From: Eremomyces bilateralis CBS 781.70 | Taxonomy: Eukaryota | DNA length: 64,000 bases | Assembly (NCBI GenBank): GCA_010015585.1 | Contig: ML975149.1 | Reading direction: 5' to 3' (one strand) | Shown here: positions 40,885-52,604 of the stretch, in pieces | Layout of the letters: the number at the start of each line of letters is the position of its first letter | How positions within the stretch are numbered: the stretch's first letter is position 1 | Notes under the pieces: model-generated | Databases searched by the model: none | What the model saw: the letters and a program-made list of their open reading frames with translations, nothing else | Told to the model about the DNA's origin: nothing | Translations under genes and position numbers: made by a program

Positions 40885-41545
40885 TCAATTCTCCATTTCC
40901 AGTGCCGCGAAATGCCCATTGCCAACCTTGCCCGCAACACCCTTCTTCAACTTTAGTTGACGTTCAATCTCGCCATCCGAGACACCCTTGTTCCGCATAG
41001 CTAATGCCTTTTGTACAGTCAACACATCAAGGAACTCTCGGCCCGCGAAGCTGGGCCGGCCAACTTCTGCCTCCTCTCGTGCCGATGCTTCTTGGAAACG
41101 CCGCCTGGCGGTCAACATGGTAGCGGCGTGGTTCGCGGGAGACCGCTGTGATGATGCAGCTTGGCTCTTTGCTAGTTGTGGATCGGATGGATTTTGGTGT
41201 GTGAGCGGGAGGAAAGGGTTTGGGGCTACGGTTCCGAGCGCATGAAGCTGTGAGAGGTAGGCGGGATCTGAGGCATCTCGGTTGATATCTGTGAGAAGTT
41301 AGATAGGCGAACTGAAGACATGCTGATTGTAATATTTCGACCGTCATACCATCTGTCTTTGATGTACTCGCGTTGGACGACGGTTGCACGGTTGGTCCGG
41401 CATACTGTTGGGGTCCTGGAGTAGGCGGATTTACTTGTGATGATGGAGCACCAGTCCTCGGGAACGAAGGTGACACTTGTGGTGGAAGCTTTCTGCCACT
41501 TTGTCCTGCTGCTGATTTTGCAGCTTTAGATGCTGATGAGCCCAT
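40885..41545 (-). CDS. Small conserved fungal protein with a C-terminal helix-turn-helix-like region (2 exons)
   Basis: MGSSASK (myristoylation-like start); intron ~41349-41289; C-terminal GREFLDV..ALAMRNKG..DGEIERQLKLKKGV. Confidence 0.7.
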
Positions 41546-41937
41546 TTTGAGCAACTGCGGGTGGAGGTCAAGATGGAAGCTTCTTCTTGCACCGAACTTT
41601 GAAGTTGGGTAGGTTGATGAGGCAGGTTGATCATTGATGAGGTCGTTTGATGAGGCTCAATTGAGCTTTGACTTCATGTTCATACTTCACGAGGAACGAG
41701 AAGAGTACAATTAATTATGCAACTGCAATTGGCAGCGACAACGGCAGTAGGAATATGCTTTTAGCCATCTCAGGAGTTAGGAGTTGCTGATGTGGTTATA
41801 AGCAGGTGTTTGAATACTATTCCGTAATTTGGGTTCTATATCGGCGCATCTGGTTCGTTAACTAACGCTTACTCATCCTCAACTCTGAGGACTGAAGAGC
41901 GAGGACCGGAGGACGCTCACCAGTCACCGCACTGAGC

Positions 41938-42155
41938 GCCCACACTCTAAACGGGATTATGGTCCAAACGGGATATACATACAAATGGCAAATTACGATT
42001 CAGGATTAAGCGCTATAATACCTAAAATTATACTTAACAAGATTATTTCAGGCATTTAGACGACCTTAGAAATCATTCTTATAAATTTTAAGCAATTTAA
42101 ATGATGAGAATATAGGTAATCCCGTCTGGACCACAATCCCGCTTGGAGTGCGGGC
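41938..42155. mobile_element. MITE-like relic (218 bp) with 37-bp terminal inverted repeats
   Basis: 41938-41974 versus the reverse complement of 42119-42155 match at 32/37 positions, all five differences being transitions; very AT-rich interior; no clean TSD. Confidence 0.75.
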
Positions 42156-42580
42156 ACCAGCCACACGTGAGCCACAGACCACAAGTAGACTCAGTACTGT
42201 CAGTAGAGGATCAGGTCGTGTCACCATAATGCAAATGAAATCATTGAACATCGACTAGGGTTGGTGATCAATGCGAAGTTGATTGTTTAGGCGTGTCAAT
42301 CAATCACGGAAGCAATAGGTTACCTGACGGAGGCAGCGAGATGCTTGTTTACCTCAGAGGGTAGATATACCCAAGCTTATGTAAGGTACAGGATGTGATG
42401 GCTACGTAATATCCTCCGATCTCCGACACGATACCGTTTGGGAACGAATGGCGTTGAATTTATAGGTAAGGTTGGAAAAGTTCTTGCCTGCCAGTCCGCA
42501 GTTCCGCTCGGGTACACTGGCTGGCGCTTCCACACGGACAAGGGAAGCCGACTAGTGCTCGATATATTGGACATTGAGTC

Positions 42581-44866
42581 TCAATGGGCAAATCGGAAGT
42601 CGAGTCGCCGACTAGCAGTATCCGTAGTATTGTATGTATACTCAACACGCTCCTGGGATGATAGTCAGCAAACGACGCGCAGTCTTGATCCTAAATAGAC
42701 AGGATCCATGAAACCAAACTTGGCAAACTTACCTCAGGGGTCATCGCATTCCATTTGCGCTCACGAATTTTGTTCTTGACGACGTAGTATATCTTTGCGT
42801 AGAGGAACAGAGCAATGCTCAGTATATTGATTCCAATCAAGACTTGGTTCCCTCGCTTATACAGCGGCTTATCATTGTCTCGATAAATGTTCGCCGAGAT
42901 GATGCCGCCAACTTGAGCCATCACTGGAGTGGTGCCATTAGGCCTGGTGGCACTGGAAGTCGAAAGGAATATAACTTACTATTGTATAGGGCGGCAGATA
43001 TGCTGCGAGAACCAACGTTGTTCGAGTTTTTCGATATCCAACCCCTATAAAATGCCGAAAGTCATTAGCTCCAGTCACGAGAGTTCGCGCTAATCCGACA
43101 GTGGGGTATACTTACACGTTAATAGCATGGCAATATGGATAGCTTAGTAACACGGTGAGTAGAGCATAGGTTGGCCATTGTTCTTTCATAAGACCTGGCC
43201 ACACTCTGAGAGCAATAATGCAAGGAAGGGTCCATACGCCTTGTAGCATGGCGACAAGCCCGCGTTGATTAATTTTTTCACTTAACCAGGTAAGGCTGAT
43301 AAGAGTGATCATATGGAACACTGACGATGGGATAGTAAGAAGGTTGGTTTGGAACTAAGGACATCAGCTGGTAGAACACCCGTTAGGGAGAATACTTACA
43401 GTGCTAAACCCGAGATTCCGAAGAATTTGCGTGAGATAGTAAGCGGGTGGCGCCTGCGGAACAAAGCAGATGGCACCGAGCATGTAAAGCTTGATCCAAA
43501 GTTAGCATCCGCTGGGGTCCCAATTAAGTAGATACTTACCGGCCAGAGATCATAATCTTTCAGTCCAGCCCATAGTCGACTTGGTGTGATTGCCTGCCGA
43601 TTATGCATGTCTCCTATTGCAATAGATCAGTGTCTGCTCACCTCGAGATATAGGTCTGAGTTACCTTTGCTGGGGTCGTCTCGTAGCACTCGGTTCACCA
43701 CAATGGTAAGCTCGCGGTCAGTGAACCATCCCTTAGGTCGAAACCACGACTTGGTCTGGACTGCAGACGCCGGCATGAAAAAGAATGACACGATGCCAAT
43801 GATAAGTGTAAGCGTTCCTTCGATTAAGAAGATCCACCTAAAATCATGTCAATCATTATCCAAGAATGAAGTAAATGGAACTCTACCTCCAGCCTGCAAG
43901 ACCATGGTGGCCTTCGAGATGGAATATTCCAAAAGCAAGCAACGAAGCAAAGATACCAGTGACGCTTAAAGCTGTCCAGAAGAAACTCAACCTCATGGGG
44001 AGCTCCCGACTGGTGTAGAAGTAGGAGAGCCAAAGTACTAAGTCTGGGATGAAACCACCCTAGATTGATTCAATCAGTGGGGAAGCATTATGGGAATAAG
44101 GTAACACACCTCAAGCACTCCAAGAAGAGCACGAGTTGCGAGAAATTCGGATCTGCCTCGAAGGGCCGCTTGCGACATGGCGACTATGGACCATAAAACC
44201 ATTTGCATAGGAATCCAGCGGTCTGGACCAAGCTTCTTCGAGATTAATTGAGATGGTAGCTCGGCTAAAAGGAAAGACACCAGGAACACGGTATTTCCAA
44301 GATTGAAATCTAACACTTTAAGTCAGAGATCATTTTCAAGGCAAGTGTCGGTCTACCCACCATTAGTATTAAGGCGAAGATCCTTTAAAAAGGTTCCTGA
44401 AACGGCTTGATTGATGTTTCCACGATCAATCTGTAGACTGAAGAACATGATACATGCCCACAAGCATACTATTACAAATAATCATCAGCCGAATCTCTAG
44501 ATACTAAATCGTGTACATACCATGCCAGTCAAGTTTCTTGACGATCTTCTTCTCCTCTTCTTCTGTCCATGTGGCATCCGCGTCGAAGACATGTCGACAC
44601 TCGTATTTTGCTTTCTCATAGACACCAATGTAGTAGTCTCGGATCTGGGGATCCGTAAAGGGATTGGCCGAATCGCTCGAGTCGAGATCTCCAGTGGCCA
44701 CGATAGCTCCATCTTTGGTGATAATGTTGCCTTTCGTTGTCACCAACTTTGCATTGTCCAAGACAACTTTTGTCGCCACAGGGCCCACTTCAATTCCACG
44801 CTGTTCGGATTCGGACCATATGCTGGAGTCATCTTCCCGCTTGTCCTTGGGGAGTTTGTCTGCCAT
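42581..44866 (-). CDS. MFS anion:cation symporter (Dal5/Soa1-like allantoate/sulfonate permease), many introns
   Basis: [67 protein letters not shown], terminal RLDFRFAH*. Confidence 0.92.
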
Positions 44867-46302
44867 TGTTGTTGCGCAGGTAAAAATGGGGATGCGTTCC
44901 AATTCGACTTCTAAGTAGATGAATAAAGGGGAGGAAAGACAGGTCAAATATACCTCTCGAGATTCTTAAAGTCTTGATGCGGTTCTACATCAACTAATGT
45001 AGCAACGAATATAAGAACCATGTGCTCCCATCTTCCTCCGCATTAGAACAAGGAATAACATGACATCCATAGTAAGTATGATGTGATTAATGGCGTTTTA
45101 GAAATCATTTTCGAAGGCGCAGGCTAAGTCGTCCCTTTCCCTGGCCTCAAATGATGCATGATAAGGAATGATTCGGTAGCAATGGATGCAGGAGTGATCC
45201 CCTCATCGTCTCCCCATAGTAACCAGAAATGACATAGCATCTCTCGTAAGTATGAGGTGACTGATGGGCTTTCGGTAACCATTTTTGGAGCGCAAGGTCA
45301 AATTCCCTCTCGTCTAGTCTTAATGATGCACAGTAAGAAATGACCTTTTTCCGCAAAGTAACCGGGAATAATATGTCATCCCGGTATGAGTATGATGTGA
45401 TCGACCAGCTTGCTGTAACCATGATCTGAGATTCATGGTCGCTCTCTTCTACCTCCACGTGGGATAGAAAAGCATTCGGGCTCCAGCATAATATTAGGGG
45501 AACGCGATTGGTAGGTGTTGTGAACCGTCAGTCGAATTCTCCAGATAAATACGAAGCTGAAGTTGTGAGAAAACAGCGATTCCTGACATCCATATCAGGT
45601 GATCTGCAATACAGGTCACAGCGGGAGAGCTCTGTGGTTGACCAAGAATTGAGACATTGATTGATCTTGTTCCTAATGAGCGTAAAAACTACGGGAATAC
45701 GCCCATATTTAAGTTCTGTGTACATTTGATGGCCGCGGAGACGTTGATTTCGAGCGGAGATGTAAAGAAGTGCGTGGTGGATATATCGCAGGATCGTGAC
45801 GCGCATCCGGGGGGAATACGGGGTCTAACCCACCCAAAACAAACCATAGACCGGGGTCACGGGTAAGGAACCGGAAAACGCCATAAACAGAGATATCGTG
45901 TAAACCTGATCTGACAAGAGTTGATATTGCCAATATGCTTGTGCTGAGAAAGAGATTGGATACACACACAGATGAAAGAATATAGTACTCCTTTACCCAA
46001 TCAGGTAAAGCTGTTCAAAAACACCTAACATAGTAGCGTTGCCATAGGAAATCACAGATATCATGGTGGCCAATGCCTGAAGGAGTGTGGATGAAGTTAG
46101 ATCCTTCATGTTTGGTTTGAGAATCTAGATATCGTCCCGCTGGAGACAGTGGTTTTTGGCCCCCCCTTGAAGAGCAACCACGTGATTCGCCGAAGTTTTC
46201 CCATCCCCTACACTACATAGTACAGCATGTAACTACGTACTTCAGTCACTCCGAGGGCACAAGGCCACAAGGCACCAACGCATGTAATTAGTCAGCCTAC
46301 GT

Positions 46303-46770
46303 TTATCTCAATTCTCAGCAAGTTCAGACGGTGTCTTCAGATACCGTCTGAGGTCCTTTTGTAAGGTTTGTGTAGTGGCGTAGTGGTGTAGTTGAAGTTT
46401 TCAGAGTTCCCAGTCGTTTCAGTCAACCATTTAACTTTCAGTACTCGAAATCAGCTTAAAGTTTATGTGGGGCTAGGTAAAGGGCAAAGGAACCCGCTCT
46501 TTTATAGTATATTAAAAAATATATCAAATAAGCCTATAATAAAGGATTATCATCGGCGGTTTCGAAGGGCTGGTGTAGTTGAGCTTTTGGGGCGACCCTG
46601 GTCGCCAATTTTGGTGGGGTTTAGTGCGCCGTAGGAGCCAAATCCGCTCTTTTTACCTACCCGCCCACGCCGCCCACCAAAATGCTGCAGAAGGGCCTCA
46701 GACGGCATCTGAAGATGCCTGCACCGCCACAACCATCTTGCAGATCCCGTCTGAGTCCCAACTGAGATAA
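46303..46770. mobile_element. Non-autonomous DNA-transposon-like insertion (468 bp) with TSD
   Basis: Flanked by identical GCCTACGT (46295-46302 and 46771-46778); termini TTATCTCA / TGAGATAA are a perfect inverted pair; subterminal inverted TCAGACGG/CCGTCTGA blocks; AT-rich core. Confidence 0.8.
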
Positions 46771-47673
46771 GCCTACGTAGTTCCCCACATGGGCCTCGCA
46801 GAAAGGCCTGACGGGCGTATGAATCTCTCTCTCTCTGTCACTCCGATTCCATTCAGTGTAATGATCCGAAATTGTTATATTGAGAAATCTATTTCACTGA
46901 TTTCGAATCTCCTCCTTGGTTTCGCATTATAAAATTTTTGGCTATGCACTCGGAAGTCGGAACGTCGAGCATGGAGGGGAAAGATGAGTGATCATGCACC
47001 ACGACACGTTGATTGTATCATTTCATGGTCGGCATAACGCAATCTTCCCCCACAGCGCCATCGATCATTAGCAGTATCAACGTTACAACACACTCCTACT
47101 TGCCAGGAACCAGGGCATGAATCATTGTGATGATTATTTTGGTAAGATAATGAGCTGATAATGAGCTGATCACTGATGAGTCTCTTGCGCATGGGATTCG
47201 CACGATCCTTCAGGTGTCGATTGCGCAACCGATGCATCAACTGATTTGATATATGAATCTATGCAGCAGTAAATACACCGAACAGGGTTATCGGATAACT
47301 AGATCAGGAGTGGGTGAGACTACGGGGTTGTTCCATCTGAGCACACTTACCAATTGGTCTGTTCAAATGAGGGAATCCTGTACCGCTCATACGCCATCGT
47401 GGTTGAAGGTGACGCCGAAATTGAATGCTGAACCATTGGAGCAACCTACGAATCAATCCACAAAGGATGGTCAAGTGATGATACCCTGAAACGCTGTCGG
47501 TGCCGTTATATCCGATATCGATGCTTTATAGTGATGACTGCTTCGAAGGGCATATAGTATTTATTCCCAGTGGCCTACACCATTGCTATTGATTGATACA
47601 AGATCAAGGCTATTCTTTTAATCCGTCGCCAAAGACCGAGACCACTTAGATCACCATCTTCCATCGACCGAAA

Positions 47674-48953
47674 ATGGCCACCGTGACATCTACCCAAACA
47701 CAAAATCTCCCCATCTCCGTGAAGGCCAATTCTCAGCCCACTGAGGAAAAGCCCAGAGTTCGGAGAGCAGTTGATGAAGAGAGTGGTACGATTACTGCGA
47801 GTGTATGTTGTCAGACTCTAATTGCTGTTAACGTGGATTAACGATCACATAGCACCCCCCTTATCTGCCAACCTGGGACCATGGCGAGAAATACGCACCC
47901 CTTGAGCCATTCGAGCATATCGAGCACGGCAAAGGCGCGGATCCAAGCTTCAAGGACCTTCTAACTGAAGGTTCTAAACTCCAACACCTCACACCCACCA
48001 CGGGATCAGAAGTCACTGGGGTCCAACTCAGCAAGCTCAGTGACGCTGGCAAAGACCAGCTTGCATTGCTCGTTGCCCAGCGAAAGGTTGTCGCATTCCG
48101 CAACCAAGACCTTGAAAACCTACCCATCCAGGAGGCCCTCGACTTTGGAGGTTATTTCGGCCGTCACCACATCCATCCTACGAGCGGATCCCCCGAGGGA
48201 TATCCTGAGCTCCATATAGTGCATCGAAGTGGCAATGCGAGCGAATTTGACAGCTTTTTGGCAAATCGGAATAGCAGTGTTTCATGGCACTCCGACGTCT
48301 CTTACGAGAAGCAACCACCGGGCACCACATTTTTGTACGCTTTGGATATTCCGGAAGTTGGTGGTGACACTGGATTTGTCAACCAGGTCGAGGCCTACAA
48401 TCGATTGTCACCCCTCCTGAAGGAGCGTTTGCATGGACTCAAGGCTATTCATTCTGGATTCGAACAAGCTGAGTTCAGCAAGAAACGTGATGGAGTAGTG
48501 AGACGAGAACCAGTTACTTCGGAGCATCCTATCGTCCGCACTCACCCGGCAACTGGCGAGAAAGCCTTATTTGTGAACAAAGGGTGTAAGTCTTCATATC
48601 CTGCTGCTCAATACTCTCAATCCTTAGCTAATTGGCGTTAAGTCACCCGAAAGATCGTCGGATTTAAGGAGGAAGAGAGCGAGGCACTCTTGAAGTTCTT
48701 GTTCGACCATATTGGCCGGGGCATTGACTATCAGGCTCGCGTCCGATGGGCCCCTGGGACTGTGGTGGTTTGGGATGTAAGTTCAACTCCATCAAGATCT
48801 GAGTGGTAATAGAGTGGCTAACAAAGACAGAACCGCGTTACTACACACTCTGCCATCTTCGATTGGACGACCGGCGAGCGACGACATTTGGCTCGCATTA
48901 CCCCCCAGGCAGAGGCCCCATTTGAGACTCCTTATGTTCCTGAGTCTCAGTAG
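47674..48953 (+). CDS. Fe(II)/alpha-ketoglutarate-dependent sulfonate dioxygenase (TauD/Jlp1-like), 4 exons
   Basis: WHSDVSYEKQPPG (HxD), GGDT, HPIVRTHP.TGEKALFVN, VVVWD|NRVTTHSA, RHLARITPQAE. Confidence 0.95.
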
Positions 48954-50169
48954 AGATCAATCAGACTCATGAGGCGAGGAGGACTAGCAATTCCACGGAA
49001 TTTCCTTTTTAAATCCTCGTCGAAATTGGAGTTCTGACTAGCATAATGTTGCTGCAAAGGCCTTAAGGGCTGGGTCGGCCTAATGAAACACAATTGATGT
49101 ACATTTGAAATTGAACTAGGAGATGGCTCGATTTCAATGGTAGTGACCTGATAGATCAATACAACGAGCCCAGAAATCCAGACCAACCATAATGAAGTAT
49201 TTCGTACACGTTACCCTTTTTCTTGTGCAATCTCCTGCTTAAATATATCTGTAGGGAAAATCTCCTGGAAATTTTCAAGTTTCTAGATGGAGTTTTGCAG
49301 GTTATTTTCCCTGGACGCTTCGCTTTTGTGCCAAACTAAGGGCATAGGATGACATCCTTCTAACAAATAAAATAACAACCAGAGACAAGACATGGAACAA
49401 CTTAGCAATGGAGGCGTGGAATACATAATGCCTCAAAGGATGAGGAAGTAGAGGGTCTGTATGTCACAGAATATCTGTGTTTCTTGGCGTTTCCCCACGG
49501 CTTCATTCGGTCATTCCGCATTCGATTATATACCCCTATTCTTTCCCTTTTTAGGGAATAGATCACCATTGTAAACCATATAAAATAGCTGCAGGAACAG
49601 CCTGTTTTCGTAGGACCCGGCTCTTCAGGATCAAGTTCAATCTATCTACGCTCTTTTGGAATTTAACGGGGTTTTCCCACCGTGTCGCTGCATTAATCAC
49701 CTGATTTAGCGAAACCGCTATTAATCTCACACTGTAGCACAAGTTAAGCAAGCCCATGATGCATGATCACGCAGTTCAAACTGGGAGCGTGGTTATAAAT
49801 CGATTCATGGTTATATATAACTGGAGCAGGATAAGTTACACCCAGCAGTTTCCTCGAACCACCGCCACCAAAGGAAGCCACTATATATTCCTGTTCGAAT
49901 CGCGCTGGAAGGATCTAAGCCAGGAGGTAAATCATGTTGGAGTAACCTTCACCAGGGTGGGAAATCTGGTGCCTTCCCTTCCCAAAGGCGTCTAGCCTGT
50001 GTAAATAGCTCTACCATTCTTTCTGATCCTGGATTCTGGGTCTTCTATCAAAGGATATACTTTCACTTTCCGATGTAAACTTCGTCAATCAATACCAGTA
50101 TCTTCTGAGTTTCATTCGCATCAAGTTTCATTTCGCTTACTATGTTATATACACGATAGTCTCGCGAAT

Positions 50170-52399
50170 ATGTTCTGCAGCGCTTTGAAGTTCTGTACGC
50201 TTTTGGTCCTACTGACCATCAGTGGATCATCTGGAACTCCTAATAAACTCATTGAACGGCAAACCATTGAAGATGAATATGACTTTGTTATTTGTGGAGG
50301 TACGTCATAATATACAAAGGTTAATTAAGCAGATAATGTCCTAACCCTTGTCAGGCGGAACTGCGGGCCTTGTCCTGGCTAACCGACTATCCGAGTCTGG
50401 TAAACACACTGTCCTGGTGTTAGAAGCAGGTCCCGAACCTACGGTGGTGTCAGCATACAAAACTCCAGGAGGCAATCAGTTTTTAGCAGGCATGCTTCTG
50501 GTTTTCGGTGCATTTGGAATGCTTCACTGACATAACGCAGGCACTGCAATTGATTGGAGTTTCTACACTCTTCCCCAAGAGCACCTTGGCAGGCGCATTC
50601 TACCATACCATCGTAAGTATCCAGATCATAAATATATTTCGTGCCGATTAACTTGCAGGTGTTGTCATTTGAAACTTATTCTGACTGAAGACAGGCGGCC
50701 GTGGTCTTGGTGGAAGTAGCACCATTAATGGCCTCTACTACGGACGAGGAAGTGCCAGCATTTATGACAAATGGGCCAAGCTAGGAAACCCAGGGTGGGG
50801 ATGGGATGATGTCTATCCTCATTTCGTGAAGGTTCATCTCGTCTTCTAAGGCATTTCAGGTCGGTCACTCATACGCGAACTAGAGCACTAGTTTCAACCC
50901 TCCAGATCCAAAGAGTGGATTCGACCAAAGCTACCAGACCTGGGATCCAAGTGCATATTCCGACGGTCCTCTTCAAATCGGATTTCAGGGCTATGTGCCA
51001 CCATCTGGCGTTGGGTTTATCCGTGCTTGTAAATCTGCTAACATCCCAATCGTCGAAGAGTTGAATAATGGAAACGGCACAGGGGTGAAACAAGGAACGG
51101 GCAATCTTGACGCAAGGTACCGTCGAAGCTCAAGCTACGATAGCTTTTACCAGCAAGCTGCTAACCGATCGAACTTGAATGTCTTGCATTATGCGCCCGT
51201 CACGCAAATTGTTACCGAGACTGGGGCAAGGAACCCTAAAGCAAAAGGAGCTGTCTTCATCGACGAAGAAACAGGACTGATTCATAAAGTGATGGCGAGG
51301 AAAGAGGTTATCTTAAGCATGGGTGTATTCCACTCTCCTCAACTCCTCATGTTGTCTGTGAGTTCTAAGACACGCGGCTTCTCGATTTGGGACGTGCTAA
51401 TGGTCAGCTAGGGAATTGGACCTTCTGCGGAGCTAGAAAAGTTCGGGATAAGCCTTGTACTGATCAACGAGAATATCGGGCAACAGTAAGCATTAGGCAG
51501 AACCGTCGATGAAATCGGCTAATATTACATATTAGCTTGAATGATCATTCTGTTTTCAGCATTATGGCAAAAGCCCAACCGCAAGCTTCCACGTCTCAGA
51601 TGGCTGCTTCATTTGACTCTCTTGATCAGGCCCAAGAGCAGTTTTACAGCAATCTCTCGGGACCTTACACTGCACCTTCTGGAATTACAAACGGGTTTCA
51701 AATTATGTCAGACTCTGAACTTAAGGCCATTGGGGCAGGTGAAATCATCCTGCGAGGCCTCACTAATCAATCCCACGTCGAATACCTATACGAATCGATC
51801 TGGTACCCTGGCGGACCAACTCCTTTCTATATACCTAAAAGCAACGAATCTTACATTTCACTTACTGCATCAAACCTTGTTGCTCTCTCTCGCGGCAATA
51901 TTACTCTTAAGTCAAGTTCGATGGCCGATGCTCCCAACATCAATCCAAATGTCAGTCCCACCAATATCTTGCAGCGGCACGCAATTATTAACAGTTCCAT
52001 TAGTACTATGTCGACCCTACCGACCGTTCTATCGCTATCCAATCTTTCAAATACCTTCGCAAAATCTTTGCCGACCCTGAACTGGCCCAATTCACCACCG
52101 GTCCCGACAACGGGGAAGTCAGCCCAGGTGCATCTGTCAGCAATGATGACGATGATGCCATCTTCGAGTACGTTAAGTCAAACACGATCCCCAACTGGCA
52201 CGCCTCGGGAACCAACCAGATGCTACCACTTGAGAAGGGTGGCGTGGTGAGCCCTGAATTGAAGGTATATGGGGTGGATAACCTGAGAGTCGTGGATTGT
52301 AGTGTGATTCCCTTATTGCCGGATGTGAATATTGTTGGTCCGGTGTACATGATTGCAGAGAAAGGAGCGGAGATGATCAGAAGGGAATACGGTGACTAG
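50170..52399 (+). CDS. Secreted GMC oxidoreductase (AA3-like), multi-exon
   Basis: Signal peptide; YDFVICGG|GTAGLVLANRL; GRGLGGSSTING; SPQLLMLS; catalytic His (NWHASGT) and Asn (PDVNIVGPVY); LRVVDCSVIP. Confidence 0.93.
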
Positions 52400-52604
52400 C
52401 CTAGCGTAACCAAGGTTAGTGACATTTGCGAGACACATTACTACACGAGGCCACCACGGAGGGATTGTTGGTGGATTGGGGAGAGAAGTAGGTACACATG
52501 GAAGGAATATGTAAGTATTCCTGGGAGAATGCCAATTCAACCCTGTACGCCAAACTCGAGTTGCTTAATTTCTCAAGCCAACTGCCAAGATCCAAAGCGC
52601 TGTG

